NCBI RefSeq assembly: GCF_009914755.1
Contig: NC_060933.1
Origin: the human T2T-CHM13v2.0 reference genome, Homo sapiens
Length of the DNA stretch: 64,000 nt
Reading direction: 5' to 3' (one strand)
Part shown: positions 42,501 through 58,500 of the stretch, in pieces
Layout of the letters: each line of letters opens with the position of its first letter
Position numbering within the stretch: position 1 is the stretch's first letter
Position numbers and translations under genes: made by a program
The notes under the pieces: generated by a model
The model's input: the letters and a program-made list of their open reading frames with translations, nothing else
Told to the model about the DNA's origin: nothing
Database searches by the model: none

Positions 42501-45500
42501 TGGAATGGAATCAACTCCATTGCAATGGAATGGAATGGAATGGAATGGAATAGAATGGAATGGAATTAACCCGAATAGAATGGAATGCAATAGAATGGAA
42601 AGAAACGGAACCGAATGGAGTGGAATGGAATGGAATGGAATCAACCTGAGTGCAGGGGAATGGAATGGAATGGAATGCAATGGAATGGAATCATCCGGAA
42701 TGGAATGGAATGGAATGGAATGGAATCAAACCGAGTGCAATGGAATGGAGTGAAATTGAATGGAATGGAATGGAAACAACCAGAATGGATTGGAATAAAG
42801 TGGAGTGTAAGGGAATTGAATAGAATGAATCTGAATGTAATGAAATAGAATGGAACGGAATGGAATGGAATGGAATGGAATCGAATGGAATGGAATGGAA
42901 TGGAATCAACCCGAGTGCAATGGAATGGATTCGAATGGAATGGAATGGAGTGGAATGGATTCAACCCGAATAGAATGGAAAGGAATGGAATCAACCCGAG
43001 TGGAATGGCATGGAATGGAATGGAATGGAATGGAATGGAATGGAATGGAATGGAATAGAATGGAATGGAATCGAATGGAATGGAATGGAATGGAATCAAC
43101 CCGAGTGCAGGGGAATGGAATGGAATGGAATGCAATGGAATGGAATCATCCGGAATGGAATGGAATGGAATGGAATGCAAAGCAATGGAATCAGCTCGAT
43201 TGCAATGGAATGGAATGGAATGGAAAGGAATACATTGGAATCAACCCGAGGGGAATGGAATGGAAAGCACTGGAATGGAGTGGAATGGAATGGAATGTAA
43301 TGGAATGGAATGGAATGGAATCAACTTGATTGGAATGGAATGGAATGGAATGGAATGGAATGGAATGCAATGGAATGGAATCAACCCGAGTGCAATCGAA
43401 TGGAATCGAATGGAATGGAATGCAATGGAATGGATTCAACTTGAATGGAATGGAAAGAATGGAATCAACACGAGTGGAATGGTATGGATTGGAATGGAAT
43501 GGAATGGAATCAACCCGAGTACAGGGGAATGGAATGGAATGGAATGCAATGGAATGGAATCATCTGTAATGGAATGGAAAGGAGTGGAATGGAATGGAAT
43601 AGAATGGAATGGAATCAACTCGATTGCAATCGAATGGAATGGAATGGAATTAACCCGAATAGAATGGAATGGAATGGAATGGAACGGAACGGAACGGAAT
43701 GGAATGGATTGGAATGGAATGGAATGGAATGGAATGGAACGGAAAGGAATGGAATGGAATGGAATGGTATGGAATGGAATGGAATCAGCGCGAGTGCAGG
43801 GGAATGGAATGGAATGGAATGCAATGGAATGGAATCTTCCGGAATGGAATGGAATGGAATCAACCCGAGTGCAATGGAATGGAGTGGAATGGAATGGAAT
43901 GGAATGGAACAACCCGAAAGGAATCGAGTGTAATGGAGAGTAAGGGAGTTGAATAGAATAAATCCGAATGTAATGGAATGGAATGGAACGGAATGGAATT
44001 GAATGGAATGGAATGGAATGCAATGGAATGGAATCAACCCGAGTGCAATGGAATGGAGAGGAATGGAATGGAATGGAATGGAAGCTACCCGAATGGAATG
44101 GAATGTAATGGAGTGTAAGGGAATTGAATAGAATCAATCCGAATGTAATGGAATGGAATGGAACGGAATGGAATGGAATGGAATGGAATGGAAGGGAATG
44201 GAATGCAATGCAATGGAATGGAATCAACCCGAGTACAATGGAATGGAATGGAATGGAATGGAATGGAATGGAATGATACGGAATAGAATGGAATGGAACG
44301 AAATGGAATGGAATGGTATGGAATGGAATGTAATGGAATGGAATGGAATGGAATCGTTCCGAGTGGAATACGAGGGAATGTATTCGAGTGGAATGGAAAG
44401 GAATGGAATCAACCAGAGTGGAATGGAAGGGAATGGAATGGAATGGAAACTAATAGAATGGAATCAACCCGAGAGGAATAGAATGGAAAGGACTGGAATG
44501 GAATGGAATGGAATGGAATCAACTCGATTGTAAAGGAATGGAATGGAATGGAATGGAATGGAACGGAATTAACCCGAATACAATGCAATGGAATGGAATG
44601 GAACGGAATGGAGTGGAATGGAATGGAATCAACCCGAGTGCAGGGGAATGGAATGGAATGGAATGCAATGGAATGGAATCATCCGGAATGGAATGGAATG
44701 GAATGGAATGCAAAGCAATGGAATCAACTCGATTGCAATGGAATGGAATGGAATGGAATGGAAAGGAATACATTGGAATCAACCCGAGTGGAATGGAATG
44801 GAAAGGACTGGAATGGAGTGGAATGGAATGGAATGGAATGGAATGGAATCAACTCGATTGGAATGGAATGGAATGGAATGGAATGGAATGAAATGGAATT
44901 AACCCGAATAGAATGGAATGCAATGGAATGGAACGGAACGGAACGGAATGGAATGGAATGGAATGGAATGGAATGGAATGGAATGGAATGGAAACAACCC
45001 GACTGCAGGGGAATGGAATGGAATGGAATGCAATGGAATGGATTCAACTTGAATGGAATGGAAAGAATGGAATCAACACGAGTGGAATGGCATGGATTGG
45101 AATGGAATGGAATGGAATCAACCCGAGTACAGGGGAATGGAATGGAATGGAATGCAATGGAATGGAATCATCCGTAATGGAATGGAAAGGAATGGAATGG
45201 AATGGAATGGAATGGAATGGAATGGAATGGAATCAACTCGATTGCAATCGAATGGAATGGAATGGAATTAACCCGAATAGAATGGAATGGAATGGAATGG
45301 AACGGAACGGAACGGAACGGAATGGATTGGAATGGAATGGAATGGAATGGAATTGAATGGAATGGAACGGAAAGGAATGGAATGGAATGGAATGGAATGG
45401 AATGGAATGGAATGGAATGGAATCAACGCGAGTGCACGGGAATGGAATGGAATGGAATGCAATGGAATGGAATCTTCCGGAATGGAATGGAATGGAATGG

Positions 45501-48500
45501 AATGGAATGCAATGCAATGGAATAAACCCGAATGCAATGGAATGGAGTGGAATGGAATGGAATGGAATGGAACAACCCGAATGGAATGGAATGTAATGGA
45601 GAGTAAGGGAGTTGAATAGAATAAATCCGAATGTAATGGAATGGAATGGAACGGAATGGAATTGAATGGAATGGAATGGAATGCAATGGAATGGAATCAA
45701 CCCGAGTTCAATGGAATAGAGAGGAATGGAATGGAATGGAATGGAAACTACCCGAATGGAATGGAATGTAGTGGAGTGTAAGGGAATTGAATAGAATCAA
45801 TCCGAATGTAATGGAATGGAATGGAAAGGAATGGAATGGAATGGAATGGAATGGAATGGAATGGAATGGAATGCAATGGAATGGAATCAACCCGAGTGCA
45901 ACCGAATGGAATCGAATGGAATGGAATGCAATGGAATGGATTCAACTTGAATGGAATGGAAAGAATGGAATCAACACGTGTGGAATTGCATGGATTCGAA
46001 TGGAATGGAATGGAATCAACCCGAGTACAGGGGAATGGAATGGAATGGAATGCAATGGAATGGAATCATCCGTAATGGAATGGAAAGGAATGGAATGGAA
46101 TGGAATGGAATGGAATGGAATGGAATAGAATGGAATCAACTCGATTGCAATCGAATGGAATGGAATGGAATTAACCCGAATAGAATGGAGTGGAATGGAA
46201 TGGAACGGAACGGAATGGCATGGAATGGAATGGAATGGAACGGAAAGGGAGGGATTGGAATGGAATATAATGGAATGGAATCAACTCGATTGCAATGGAA
46301 TGGAATGGAATGGAATTAACCCGAATAGAATTGAATGGAATGGAATGGAACGGAACGGAACGGAATGGAATGGATTGGAATGGAATGGAATGGAATGGAA
46401 TGGAACGGAAAGGAATGGAATGGAATGGAATGGAATGGAATGGAATGGAATCAACGCGAGTGCAGGGGAATGGAATGGAATGGAATGCAATGGAATGGAA
46501 TCTTCCGGAATGGAATGGAATGGAATGGTATGGAATCAACCCGAGTGCAATGGAATGGAGTGAAATGGAATGGAATGGAATGGAACAACCCGAAAGGAAT
46601 CGAATGTAATGGAGAGTAAGGGAGTTGAATAGAATCAATCCGAATGTAATGGAATGGAATGGAACGGAATGGAATTGAATGGAATGGAATGGAATGCATT
46701 GGAATGGAATCAACCCGAGTGCAATGGAATGGAGAGGAATGGAATGGAATGGAATGGAAACTACCCGAATGGAATGGAATGTAATGGAGTGTAAGGGAAT
46801 TGAATAGAATCAATCCGAATGTAATGGAATGGAATGGAACGGAATGGAATGGAATGGAATGGAATGGAATGGAATGCAATGCAATGGAATGGAATCAACC
46901 CGAGTACAATGGAATGGAATGGAATGGAATGGAATGGAATGGAATGGAATGGAATGCCTTCAAACCGAATGGAATGGAAAGGAATGGAATCAACACGAAT
47001 GGAATGGAATGGAATGGAATGGAATGGAATGGAATGATACGGAATAGAATGGAATGGAACGAAATGGAATGGAATGGAATGGAATGGAATGGAATGGAAT
47101 GGAATGGAATGGAATCGTTCCGAGTGGAATAGGAGGGAATGTATTCGAGTGGAATGGAAAGGAATGGAATCAACCAGAGTGGAATGGAAGGGAATGGAAT
47201 GGAATGGAAACTAATAGAATGGAATCAACCCGAGTGGAATGGAATGGAAAAGACTGGAATGGAAAGGAACGGAATGGAATGGAATGGAATGGAATGGAAT
47301 GGAATGGAATGGAATGGAATGGAATCAACGCGAGTGCAGGGGAATGGAATGGAATCGAATGGAATGGAATGGAATGGAATCAACCCGAGTGCAGGGGAAT
47401 GTAATGGAACGGAATGCAATGGACTGGAATCATCCGGAATGGAATGCAATGGAATGGAATGGAATCAACCCGAGTGCAAAGGAATGGAGTGGAATGGAAT
47501 GGAATGGAATGGAACAACCCGAATAGAATGGAATGTAATGGAGAGTAAGGGAGTTGAAAAGAATCAATCCGAATGTAATGGAATGGAATGGAACGGAATG
47601 GAATGGAATGGAATGGAATGGAATGGAATGCAATGGAATGGAATCAACCCGAGTACAATGGAATGGAATGGAATGGAATGGAATGGAATGGAATGGAATG
47701 GAATGCAATGGAATGGAATCTTCCGGAATGGAATGGAATGGAATGGAATGGAATGGAATGGAATGCAATGGAATGGAATCTTCCGGAATGGAATGGAATG
47801 GAATGGAATGGAATGCAATGGATTCAAATCGATTGCAATGGAATGGAATAGAATGGAATGGAATGGAATGGAATGGAATGGAATGGAATGGAATTAAACC
47901 GAATAGAATGGAATGGAATGGAATGGAACGGAATGGAACGGAACGGAACGGAACGGAGTGGAATGGAATGGAATGGAATTGTATGCAATGGAATTGAATG
48001 GTACGGAATAGAATGGAATGGAAAGAATTGGAATGGAATGGAATCGAATGGAATGGAATGGAATGGAATGGAATCAACCCGAGTGCAGGGGAATGTAATG
48101 GAACGGAATGCAATGGAATGGAATCATCCGGAATGGAATGGAATGGAATGGAATGGAATGGAATGGAATGGAATGGAATGGAATCAATCCGAGTGCAATG
48201 GAATGGAGTGGAATGGAATGGAATGGAATGGAACAACCCGAATGGAATGGAATGTAATGGAGAGTAAGTGAGTTGAATAGAATCAATCCGAATGAAATGG
48301 AATGGAATGCAACGGAATGGAATGGAATGGAATGGAATGGAATGGAATGCAATGGAATGGAATCAACCCGAGTACAATGGAATGGAATGGACTGGAATGG
48401 AATGGAATGGAATGGAATGGAATGCCTTCAAACCGAATGGAATGGAAAGGAATGAAATCAAAACGAGTGGAATGGAATGGAATGGAATGGAATGGAATGG

Positions 48501-49597
48501 AATGGAATGATACGGAATAGAATGGAATGGAACGAAATGGAATGGAATGGAATGGAATGGAATGGAATGGAATCGTTCCGAGTGGAATAGGAGGGAATGT
48601 ATTCGAGTGGAATGGAAAGGAATGGAATCAACCAGAGTGGAATGGAAGGGAATGGAATGGAATGGAAACTAATAGAATGGAATCAACCCGAGTGGAATGG
48701 AATGGAAAGGACTGGAATGGAAAGGAATGGAATGGAATGGAATGGAATGGAATGGAATGGAATGGAATGGAATCAACGCGAGTGCAGGGGAATGGAATGG
48801 AATGGAATGGAATGGAATGGAATGGAATTTAATCAACCCGAGTGCAGGGGAATGTAATGGAACGGAATGCAATGGAATGGAATCATCCGGAATGGAATGC
48901 AATGGAATGGAATGGAATCAACCCGAGTGCAATGGAATTGAGTGGAATGGAATGGAATTGCATGGAACAATCCGAATGGAATGGAATGTAATGGAGAGTA
49001 AGGGAGTTGAAAAGAATCAATCCGAATGTAATGGAATGGAACGGAATGGAATGGAATGGAATGGAATGGAATGGAATGGAATGGAATGGAATGGAATGCA
49101 ATGGAATGGAATCAACCCGAGTACAATGGAATGGAATGGAATGGAATGGAATGGAATGGAATGGAATGGAATGGAAAGATACGGAATAGAATGGAATGGA
49201 ACGAAATGGAATGGAATGGAATGGAATGGAATGGAATGGAATGGAATCGTTCCGAGTGGAATAGGAGGGAATGTATTCGAGTGGAATGGAAAGGAATGGA
49301 ATCAACCAGAGTGGAATGGAAGGCAATGGAATGGAATGGAAACTAATAGAATGGAATCAACCCGAGTGGAATGGAATGGAAAGGAATGGAATGGAATGGA
49401 ATGGAATGGAATCAACTCGATTGTAATGGAATGGAATGGAATGGAATGGAATGGAATGGAATGGAATGGAATGGAATCAACCCGAGTGCAATGGAATGGA
49501 GTGGAATGGAATGGAATGGAATGGAACAACCTGAATGGAATGGAATGGAATGGAGAGTAAGGGAGTTGAATAGAATCAATCCGCATGTAATGGAATT
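30505..49597 (+). repeat. 19,093 bp tandem duplication, copy 2
   Basis: Carries the same private variants as 11412-30504, for example aattttccgg (12270/31363), aatttaatgg (12694/31787), cagggaaa (14558/33651) and gaatacgagg (25278/44371). Confidence 0.93.
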
Positions 49598-52500
49598 GAA
49601 TGGAACGGAATGGAATTGAATGGAATGGAATGGAATGCAATGGAATGGAATCAACCCGAGTGCAATGGAATGGAGAGGAATGGAATGGAATGGAATGGAA
49701 ACTACCCGAATGGAATGGAATGTAATGCAGTGTAAGGGAATTGAATAGAATCAATCCGAATGTAATGGAATGGAATGGAATGGAATGGAATGGAATGGAA
49801 TGGAATGGAATGGAATGGAATTGAATGGAATGGAATGCAATGGAATGGAATCAACCCGAGTGCAATCGAATGGAATCAAATTGAATGGAATGCAATGGAA
49901 TGGATTCAACTTGAATGGAATGGAAAGAATGGAATCAACACGAGTGGAATGGCATGGATTGGAATGGAATGGAATGGAATCAACCCGAGTACAGGGGAAT
50001 GGAATGGAATGGAATGCAATGGAATGGAATCATCCGTAATGGAATGGAAAGGAATGGAATGGAATGGAATGGAATGGAATTGAATGGAATCAACTCGATT
50101 GCAATCGAATGGAATGGAATGGAATTAACCCGAATAGAATGGAATGGAATGGAATGGAACGGAACGGAATGGAATGGAATGGAATGGAATGGAATGGAAT
50201 GGAATGCAATGGAATGGAATGGAATGGAATGGAATGGAATGGAATGGAATGGTATGGAATGGAATGGAATGGTACGGAATAGAATGGAATCCAACGAATT
50301 GTAATGGAATGGAATTGAATGGAATGGAATGGAATGGAATGAACGCGAGTGCAGGGGAATGTAATGGAACGGAATGCAATGGAATGGAATCATCCGGAAT
50401 GGAATGGAATGGAATGGAATGGAATGGAATCAACCCTAGTGCAATGGAATGGAGTGGAATGGAATGGAATGGAATGGAACAACCCGTATGGAATGGAATG
50501 TAATGGAGAGTAAGGGCTTTGAATAGAATCAATCCGAATGTAATGGAATGGAATGCAAGGGAATGGAATGGAATGGAATGGAATGGAATGCAATGGAATG
50601 GAATCAACCCGAGTACAATGGAAAGGAATGGAATGGAATGGAATGGAATGCAATGGAATGGAATCTTCCGGAATGGAAAGGAATGGAATGGAATGGAATG
50701 GAATGGAATGCAATGGATTCAACTCGATTCCAATGGAATGGAATAGAATGGAATGGAATGGAATGGAATGGAATTAAACCGAATAGAATGGAACGGAATG
50801 GAACGGAACTGAACGGAACGGAACGGAGTGGAATTGAATGGAATGGAATTGTATGGAATGGAATGGAATGGTAGGGAATAGAATGGAATGGAATGAATTG
50901 GAATGGAATGGAATCGAATGGAATGGAATGGAATGGAATGGAATCAACCCGAGTGCAGGGGAATGTAATGGAACGGAATGCAATGGAATGGAATCATCCG
51001 GAATGGAATGGAATGGAATGGAATGGAATGGAATGGAATGGAATCAACCCGAGTGCAATGGAATGGAGTGGAATGGAATGGAATGGAATGGAATAGAATC
51101 AACTCGATTGGAATGGAATGGAATGGAATGGAATTAACCCGAATAGAATGGAATGGAATGGAATGGAACGGAACGGAACGGAACGGAATGGAATGGAATG
51201 GAATGGAATGGAATGGAACGGAAAGGAATGGAATGGAATGGAATGGAATGGAATGGAATGGAATCAACCCGACTGCAGGGGAATGGAATGGAATGGAAAG
51301 CAATGGAATGGATTCAACTTGAATGGAATGGAAAGAATGGAATCAACACGAGTGGAATGCCATGGATTGGAATGGAATGGAATGGAATCAACCCGAGTAC
51401 AGGGGAAAGGAATGGAATGGAATGCAATGGAATGCAATCATCCGTAATGGAATGGAAAGGTATGGAATGGAATGGAATGGAATGGAATGGAATGGAATGG
51501 CATGGAATCAACTCGATTGCAATCGAATGGAATGGAATGGAATTAACCCGAATAGAATGGAATGGAATGGAATGGAACGGAACGGAACGGAATGGAATGG
51601 AATGGAATGGAATGGAATGGAACGGAAAGGAATGGAATGGAATGGAATGGAATGGAATGGAATGGAATGGAATGGAATGGAATGGAATCAACGTGAGTGC
51701 AGGGGAATGGAATGGAATGGAATGCAATGGAATGGAATCTTCAGGAATGGAATGGAATGGAATGGAATGGAATGGAATCAACTCGATTGCAATCGAATGG
51801 AATGGAATGGAATTAACCCGAATAGAATGGAATGGAATGGAATGGAACGGAACGGAATGGAATGGAATGGAATGGAATGGAATGGAACGGAACGGAACGG
51901 AATGGAATGGAATGGAATGGAATGGAATGGAATGGAATGGAATCAACGCGAGTGCAGGGGAATGGAATGGAATGGAATGCAATGGAATGGAATCTTCCGG
52001 AATGGAATGGAATGGAATGAAATGCAATGGATTCAACTCGATTGCAATGAAATGGAATAGAATGGAATAGAATGGAATGGAATGGAATGGAATGGAATGG
52101 AATGGAATGGAATTAACCCGAATAGAATGGAATGGAATGGAATGGAACGGAATGGAACGGAATGGAATGGAATGGAATGCAATGGAATGATATGGAATGG
52201 AATGGAATGGTATGGAATAGAATGGAATGGAACGAATTGTAATGGAACGGAATTGAATGGAATGGAATGGAATCAACGCGAGTTTAGGGGAATGTAATGG
52301 AACGGAATGCAATGGAATGGAATCATCCGTAATGGAATGGAATGGAATGGAATGGAATGGAATGGAATCAACCCGAGAGCAATGGAATGGAGTGGAATGG
52401 AATGGAATGGAATGGAACAACCCGAATGGAATGGAATGTAATGGAGAGTAAGGGAGTTGAATAGAATCAATCCGAATGTAATGGAATGGAATGCAACGGA

Positions 52501-55500
52501 ATGGAATGGAATGGAATGGAATGGAATGCAATGGAATGGAATCAACCCGAGTACAATGAAATGGAATGGAATGGAATGGAATGGAATGGAATGGAACGGA
52601 ATGGAATGGAATGCCTTCAAACCGAATGGAATGGAAAGGAATGGAATCAACACGAGTGGAATGCAATGGAATGGAAAGGAATGGAATGGAATGGAATGGT
52701 ATGGAATAGAATGGAATGGAACAAAATGGAATGGAATGGAATGGAATGGAATGGAATGGAATGGAATGGAATGGAATGATACGGAATAGAATGGAATGGA
52801 ACAAAATGGAATGGAATGGAATGGAATGGAATGGAATGGAATGGAATGGAATGGAATAAACCAGAGTGGAATGGAAGGGAATGGAATGGAATGGAAACTA
52901 ATAGAATGGAATCAACCCGAGTGGAATGGAATGGAAAGGACTGGAATGGAAAGGAATGGAATGGAATGGAATGGAATGGAATAGAATGGAATGGAATGCA
53001 ATGGAATCGTTCCGAGTGGAATAGGAGGGAATGTATTCGAGTGGAATGGAAAGGAATGGAATCAACCAGAGTGGAATGGAAGGGAATGGAATGGAATGGA
53101 AAATAATAGAATGGAATCAACCCGAGTGGAATGGAATAGAAAGGACTGGAATGGAAAGGAATGGAATGGAATGGAATGGAATGGAATGGAATGGAATGGA
53201 ATGGAATGGAATCAACGCGAGTGCAGGGGAATGGAATGGAATCGAATGGAATGGAATGGAATGGAATGGATTCAACCCGAGTGCAGGGGAATGTAATGAA
53301 ACGGAATGCAATGGAATGGATTCATCCGGAATGGAAAGGAATGGAATGGAATGGAATCAACCCGAGTGCAATGGAATGGAGTGGAATGGAATGGAATGGA
53401 ATGGAAAAACCCGAATGGAATGGAATGTAATGGAGATTAAGGGAGTTGAAAAGAATCAATCCGAATGTAATGGAATGGAATGGAACGGAATGGAATGGAA
53501 TGGAATGGAATGGAATGGAATGCAATGTAATGGAAGCAACACGAGTACAATGGAATGGAATGGAATGGAATGGAATGGAATGGAATGGAATGGAATGCAA
53601 TGGAATGGAATCTTCCGGAATGGAATGGAATGGAATGGAATGGAATGGAATGGAATGGAATGGAATGGAATGCAATGCATTCATCTCGATTGCCATGGAA
53701 TGGAATAGAATGCAATGGAATGGAATGGAATGGAATTAAACCGAATAGAATGGAATGGAATGGAATGGAACGGAACGGAAAGGAAAGGAAGGGAATGGAA
53801 TGGAATAGAATGGAATGGAATGGAATGGAATGGAATGGAATTAAACCGAATAGAATGGAATGGAATGGAATGGAATGGAATGGAACGGAAAGGAAGGGAA
53901 TGGAATGGAATAGAATGGAATGGAATGGAATCAACGCGAGTGCAGGGGAATGGAATGGAATGGAATGCAATGGAATGGAATCTTCCGGAATGGAATGGAA
54001 TGGAATGGAATGGAATGGAATGGAATGGAATTAACCCGAGTGCAATCGAATGGAGTGGAATGGAATGGAATGGAATGTAACAACCCGAATGGAGTGGAAT
54101 GTAATGGAGAGTAAGGGAGTTGAATACAATCAATCCGAATGTAATGGAATGGAATGCAACGGAATGGAATTGAATGGAATGGAATGGAATGCAATGGAAT
54201 GGAATCAACCCGAGTGCAATGGAATGGAGAGGAATGGAATGGAATGGAATGGAAACTACCCGAATGGAATGGAATTAAATGTAATGGAGTGTAAGGGAAT
54301 TGAATAGAATGAATCCGAATGTAATGGAATGGAATGGAACGGAATGGAATGGAATGGAATGGAATGGAATGGAATGGAATGCAATGGAATGGAATCAACC
54401 CGAGTGCAATCGAATGGAATCGAATGGAATGGAATGCAATGGAATGGATTCAACTTGAATGGAATGGAAAGAATGGACTCAACACGAGTGGAATGGCATG
54501 GATTGGAATGGAATGGAATGGAATCAACCCGAGTACAGGGGAATGGAATGGAATGGAATGCAATGGAATGGAATCATCTGTAATGGAATGGAAAGGAATG
54601 GAATGGAATGGAATGGAATGGAATCAACTCGATTGTAATGGAATGGAATGGAATGGAATGGAATGGAATTAACCCGAATACAATGCAATGGAATGGGATG
54701 GAACGGAATGGAGTGGAATGGAATGGAATCAACCCGAGTGCAGGGGAATGGAATGGAATGGAATGCAATGGAAAGGAATCATCCGGAATGGAATGGAATG
54801 GAATGGAATGCAAAGCAATGGAATCAACTCGATAGCAATGGAATGGAATGGAATGGAAAGGAATACATTGGAATCAACCCGAGTGGAAAGGAATGGAAAG
54901 GACTGGAATGGAGTGGAATGGAATGGAATGGAATGGAATGGAAAGGAATCAACTTGATTGGAATGGAATGGAATGGAATGGAATGGAATCAACGCGAGTG
55001 CAGGGGAATGGAATGGAATGGAATGCAATGGAATGGAATCTTCCGGAATGGAATGGAATTGAATGGAATGGAATGGAATGGAATGGAATAAACCTGAGTG
55101 CAATGGAATGGAGTGGAATGCAATGGAATGGAATGGAACAACCCGAATGGAATGGAATGTAATGGAGACTAAGGGAGTTGAATAGAATCAATCCGAATGT
55201 AATGGAATGGAATGGAACGGAATGGAATTGAATGGAATGGAATGGGATGCAATGGAATGGAATCAACCCGAGTGCAATCGAATGGAATCGAATGGAATGG
55301 AATGCAATGGAATGGATTCAACTTGAATGGAATGGAAAGAATGGAATCAACACGAGTGGAAGGGCATGGATTGGAATGCAATGGAATGGAATCAACCCGA
55401 GTACAGGGGAATGGAATGGAATGGAATGCAATGCAATGGAATCATCCGTAATGGAATGGAAAGGAATGGAAAGGAATGGAATGGAATGGAATGGAATGGA

Positions 55501-58500
55501 ATCAACACGATTGCAATCGAATGGAATGGAATGGAATTAACCCGAATAGAATGGAATGGAATGGAATGGAACGGAACGGAATGGAATGGAATGGAATGGA
55601 ATGGAATGGAATGGAACGGAACGGAACGGAACGGAATGGAATGGAATGGAATGGAATGGAATGGAATGGAATCGAATCAACGCGAGTGCAGGGGAATGGA
55701 ATGGAATGGAATGCAATGGAATGGAATCTTCCGGAATGGAATGGAATGGAATGGAATAGAATGAAATGCAATGGATTCAACTCGATTGCAATGGAATGGA
55801 ATAGAATGGAATGGAATGGAATGGAATGGAATTTACCCGAATAGAATGGAATGGAATGGAATGGAACGGAATGGAACGGAATGGAATGGAATGGAATGGA
55901 ATGGAATGGAATGGTATGGAATGGAATGGAATGGTACGGAATAGAATGGAATGGAACGAATTGTAATGGAATGGAATTGAATGGAATGGAATGGAATGGA
56001 ATGGAATCAACGCGAGTGCAGGGGAATCTAATGGAACGGAATGCAATGGAATGGAATCATCCGGAATGGAATGGAATGGAATGGAATGGAATGGAATCAA
56101 CCCGAGTGCAATGGAATGGAGTGGAATGGAATGGAATGGAATGGAACAACCCGAATGGAATGGAATGTAATGGAGAGTAAGGGAGTTGAATAGAATCAAT
56201 CCGAATGTAATGGAATGGAATGCAACGGAATGGAATGGAATGGAATGGAATGGAATGGAATGCAAAGGAATGGAATCAACCCGAGTGGAATGGCAAGGAA
56301 TGGAATGCAATGGAATGGAAGTGAATGGAATCAACTCGAGTGGAAAGGAATGGAATGGAATGGAAAGGAATGGAATGAAATCAACTCGAGTGCAATGGAA
56401 TGGAATGGAATGGATTGGAATCGATTGCAACGGAATGAAATGGAATGGAATGGAATGGAATCAATCATTCCGAGTGGAACGGAAGGGAAAGTAATGGAGT
56501 GGAAAGAAGGTAATGGAATCAACCCGATTGGAATGCAAGGCAATGGAATGGAATGGAAAGGAATGGAATGGAATCAACTCGATTGCATTGGAATGGAATG
56601 GAATGGAATGGAATGGAATGGAATGGAATGGAATGGAATGGAATGCAATGGAATGGAATCAACCCGAGTACAATGGAATGGAATGGAATGGAATGGAATG
56701 GAATGGAATGGAATGGAATGGAATGGAATGCAATGGAATGGAATCTTCCGGAATGGAATGGAATGGAATGGAATGGAATGGAATGGAATGGAATGCAATG
56801 GATTCAACTCGATTGCAATGGAATGGAATAGAATGGAATGGAATGGAATGGAATTAAACCGAATAGAATGGAATGGAATGGAATGGAACGGAACGGAATG
56901 GAACGGAACAGAACGGAGTGGAATGGAATGGAATGGAATTGTATGGAATGGAATGGCATGGTACGGAATAGAATGGAATGGAAAGAATTGGAATGGAATG
57001 GAATCGAATGGAATGGAATGGAATGGAATGGAATCAACCCGAGTGCAGGGGAATGTAATGGAACGGAATGCAATGGAATGGAATCATCCGGAATGGAATG
57101 GAATGGAATGGAATGGAATGGAATGGAATGGAATGGAATCAACCTGAGTGCAATGGAATGGAGTGGAACGGAATGAAATGGAATGGAACAACCCGAATGG
57201 AATGGAATGTAATGGAGAGTAAGGGAGTTGAATAGAATCCATCCGAATGTAATGGAATGGAACGGAATGGAATGGAATGGAATGGAATGGAATGGAATGG
57301 AATGGAATGCAATGGAATGGAATCAATCATTCCGAGTGGAATGGAAGGGAATGTAATGGAGTGGAAAAAAGGGAATGGAATCAACCTGATTGGAATGCAA
57401 GCAATGGAATGGAATGGAAAGGAATGGAATGGAATCAACTCGATTGCAATGGAATGGAATGGAATGGAATGGAATGGAATGGAATGTAATTAACCGGAAT
57501 AGAATGGAATGCAATGGAATGGAACGGAATGGAATGGAATGGAAGGTAATGGAATCAACACGAGTGCAGGGTAATGGAATGGAATGGAATGGAATGCAAT
57601 GGAATGGAATCATCCGGAATGGAATGGAATGGAATGGAATGGAATCAACTCCATTGCAATGGAATGGAATGGAATGGAATGGAATAGAATGGAATGGAAT
57701 TAACCCGAATAGAATGGAATGCAATAGAATGGAAAGAAACGGAACCGAATGGAGTGGAATGGAATGGAATGGAATCAACCTGAGTGCAGGGGAATGGAAT
57801 GGAATGGAATGCAATGGAATGGAATCATCCGGAATGGAATGGAATGGAATGGAATGGAATCAAACCGAGTGCAATGGAATGGAGTGAAATTGAATGGAAT
57901 GGAATGGAAACAACCAGAATGGATTGGAATAAAGTGGAGTGTAAGGGAATTGAATAGAATGAATCTGAATGTAATGAAATAGAATGGAACGGAATGGAAT
58001 GGAATGGAATGGAATCGAATGGAATGGAATGGAATGGAATCAACCCGAGTGCAATGGAATGGATTCGAATGGAATGGAATGGAGTGGAATGGATTCAACC
58101 CGAATAGAATGGAAAGGAATGGAATCAACCCGAGTGGAATGGCATGGAATGGAATGGAATGGAATGGAATGGAATGGAATGGAATGGAATAGAATGGAAT
58201 GGAATCGAATGGAATGGAATGGAATGGAATCAACCCGAGTGCAGGGGAATGGAATGGAATGGAATGCAATGGAATGGAATCATCCGGAATGGAATGGAAT
58301 GGAATGGAATGCAAAGCAATGGAATCAGCTCGATTGCAATGGAATGGAATGGAATGGAAAGGAATACATTGGAATCAACCCGAGGGGAATGGAATGGAAA
58401 GCACTGGAATGGAGTGGAATGGAATGGAATGTAATGGAATGGAATGGAATGGAATCAACTTGATTGGAATGGAATGGAATGGAATGGAATGGAATGGAAT

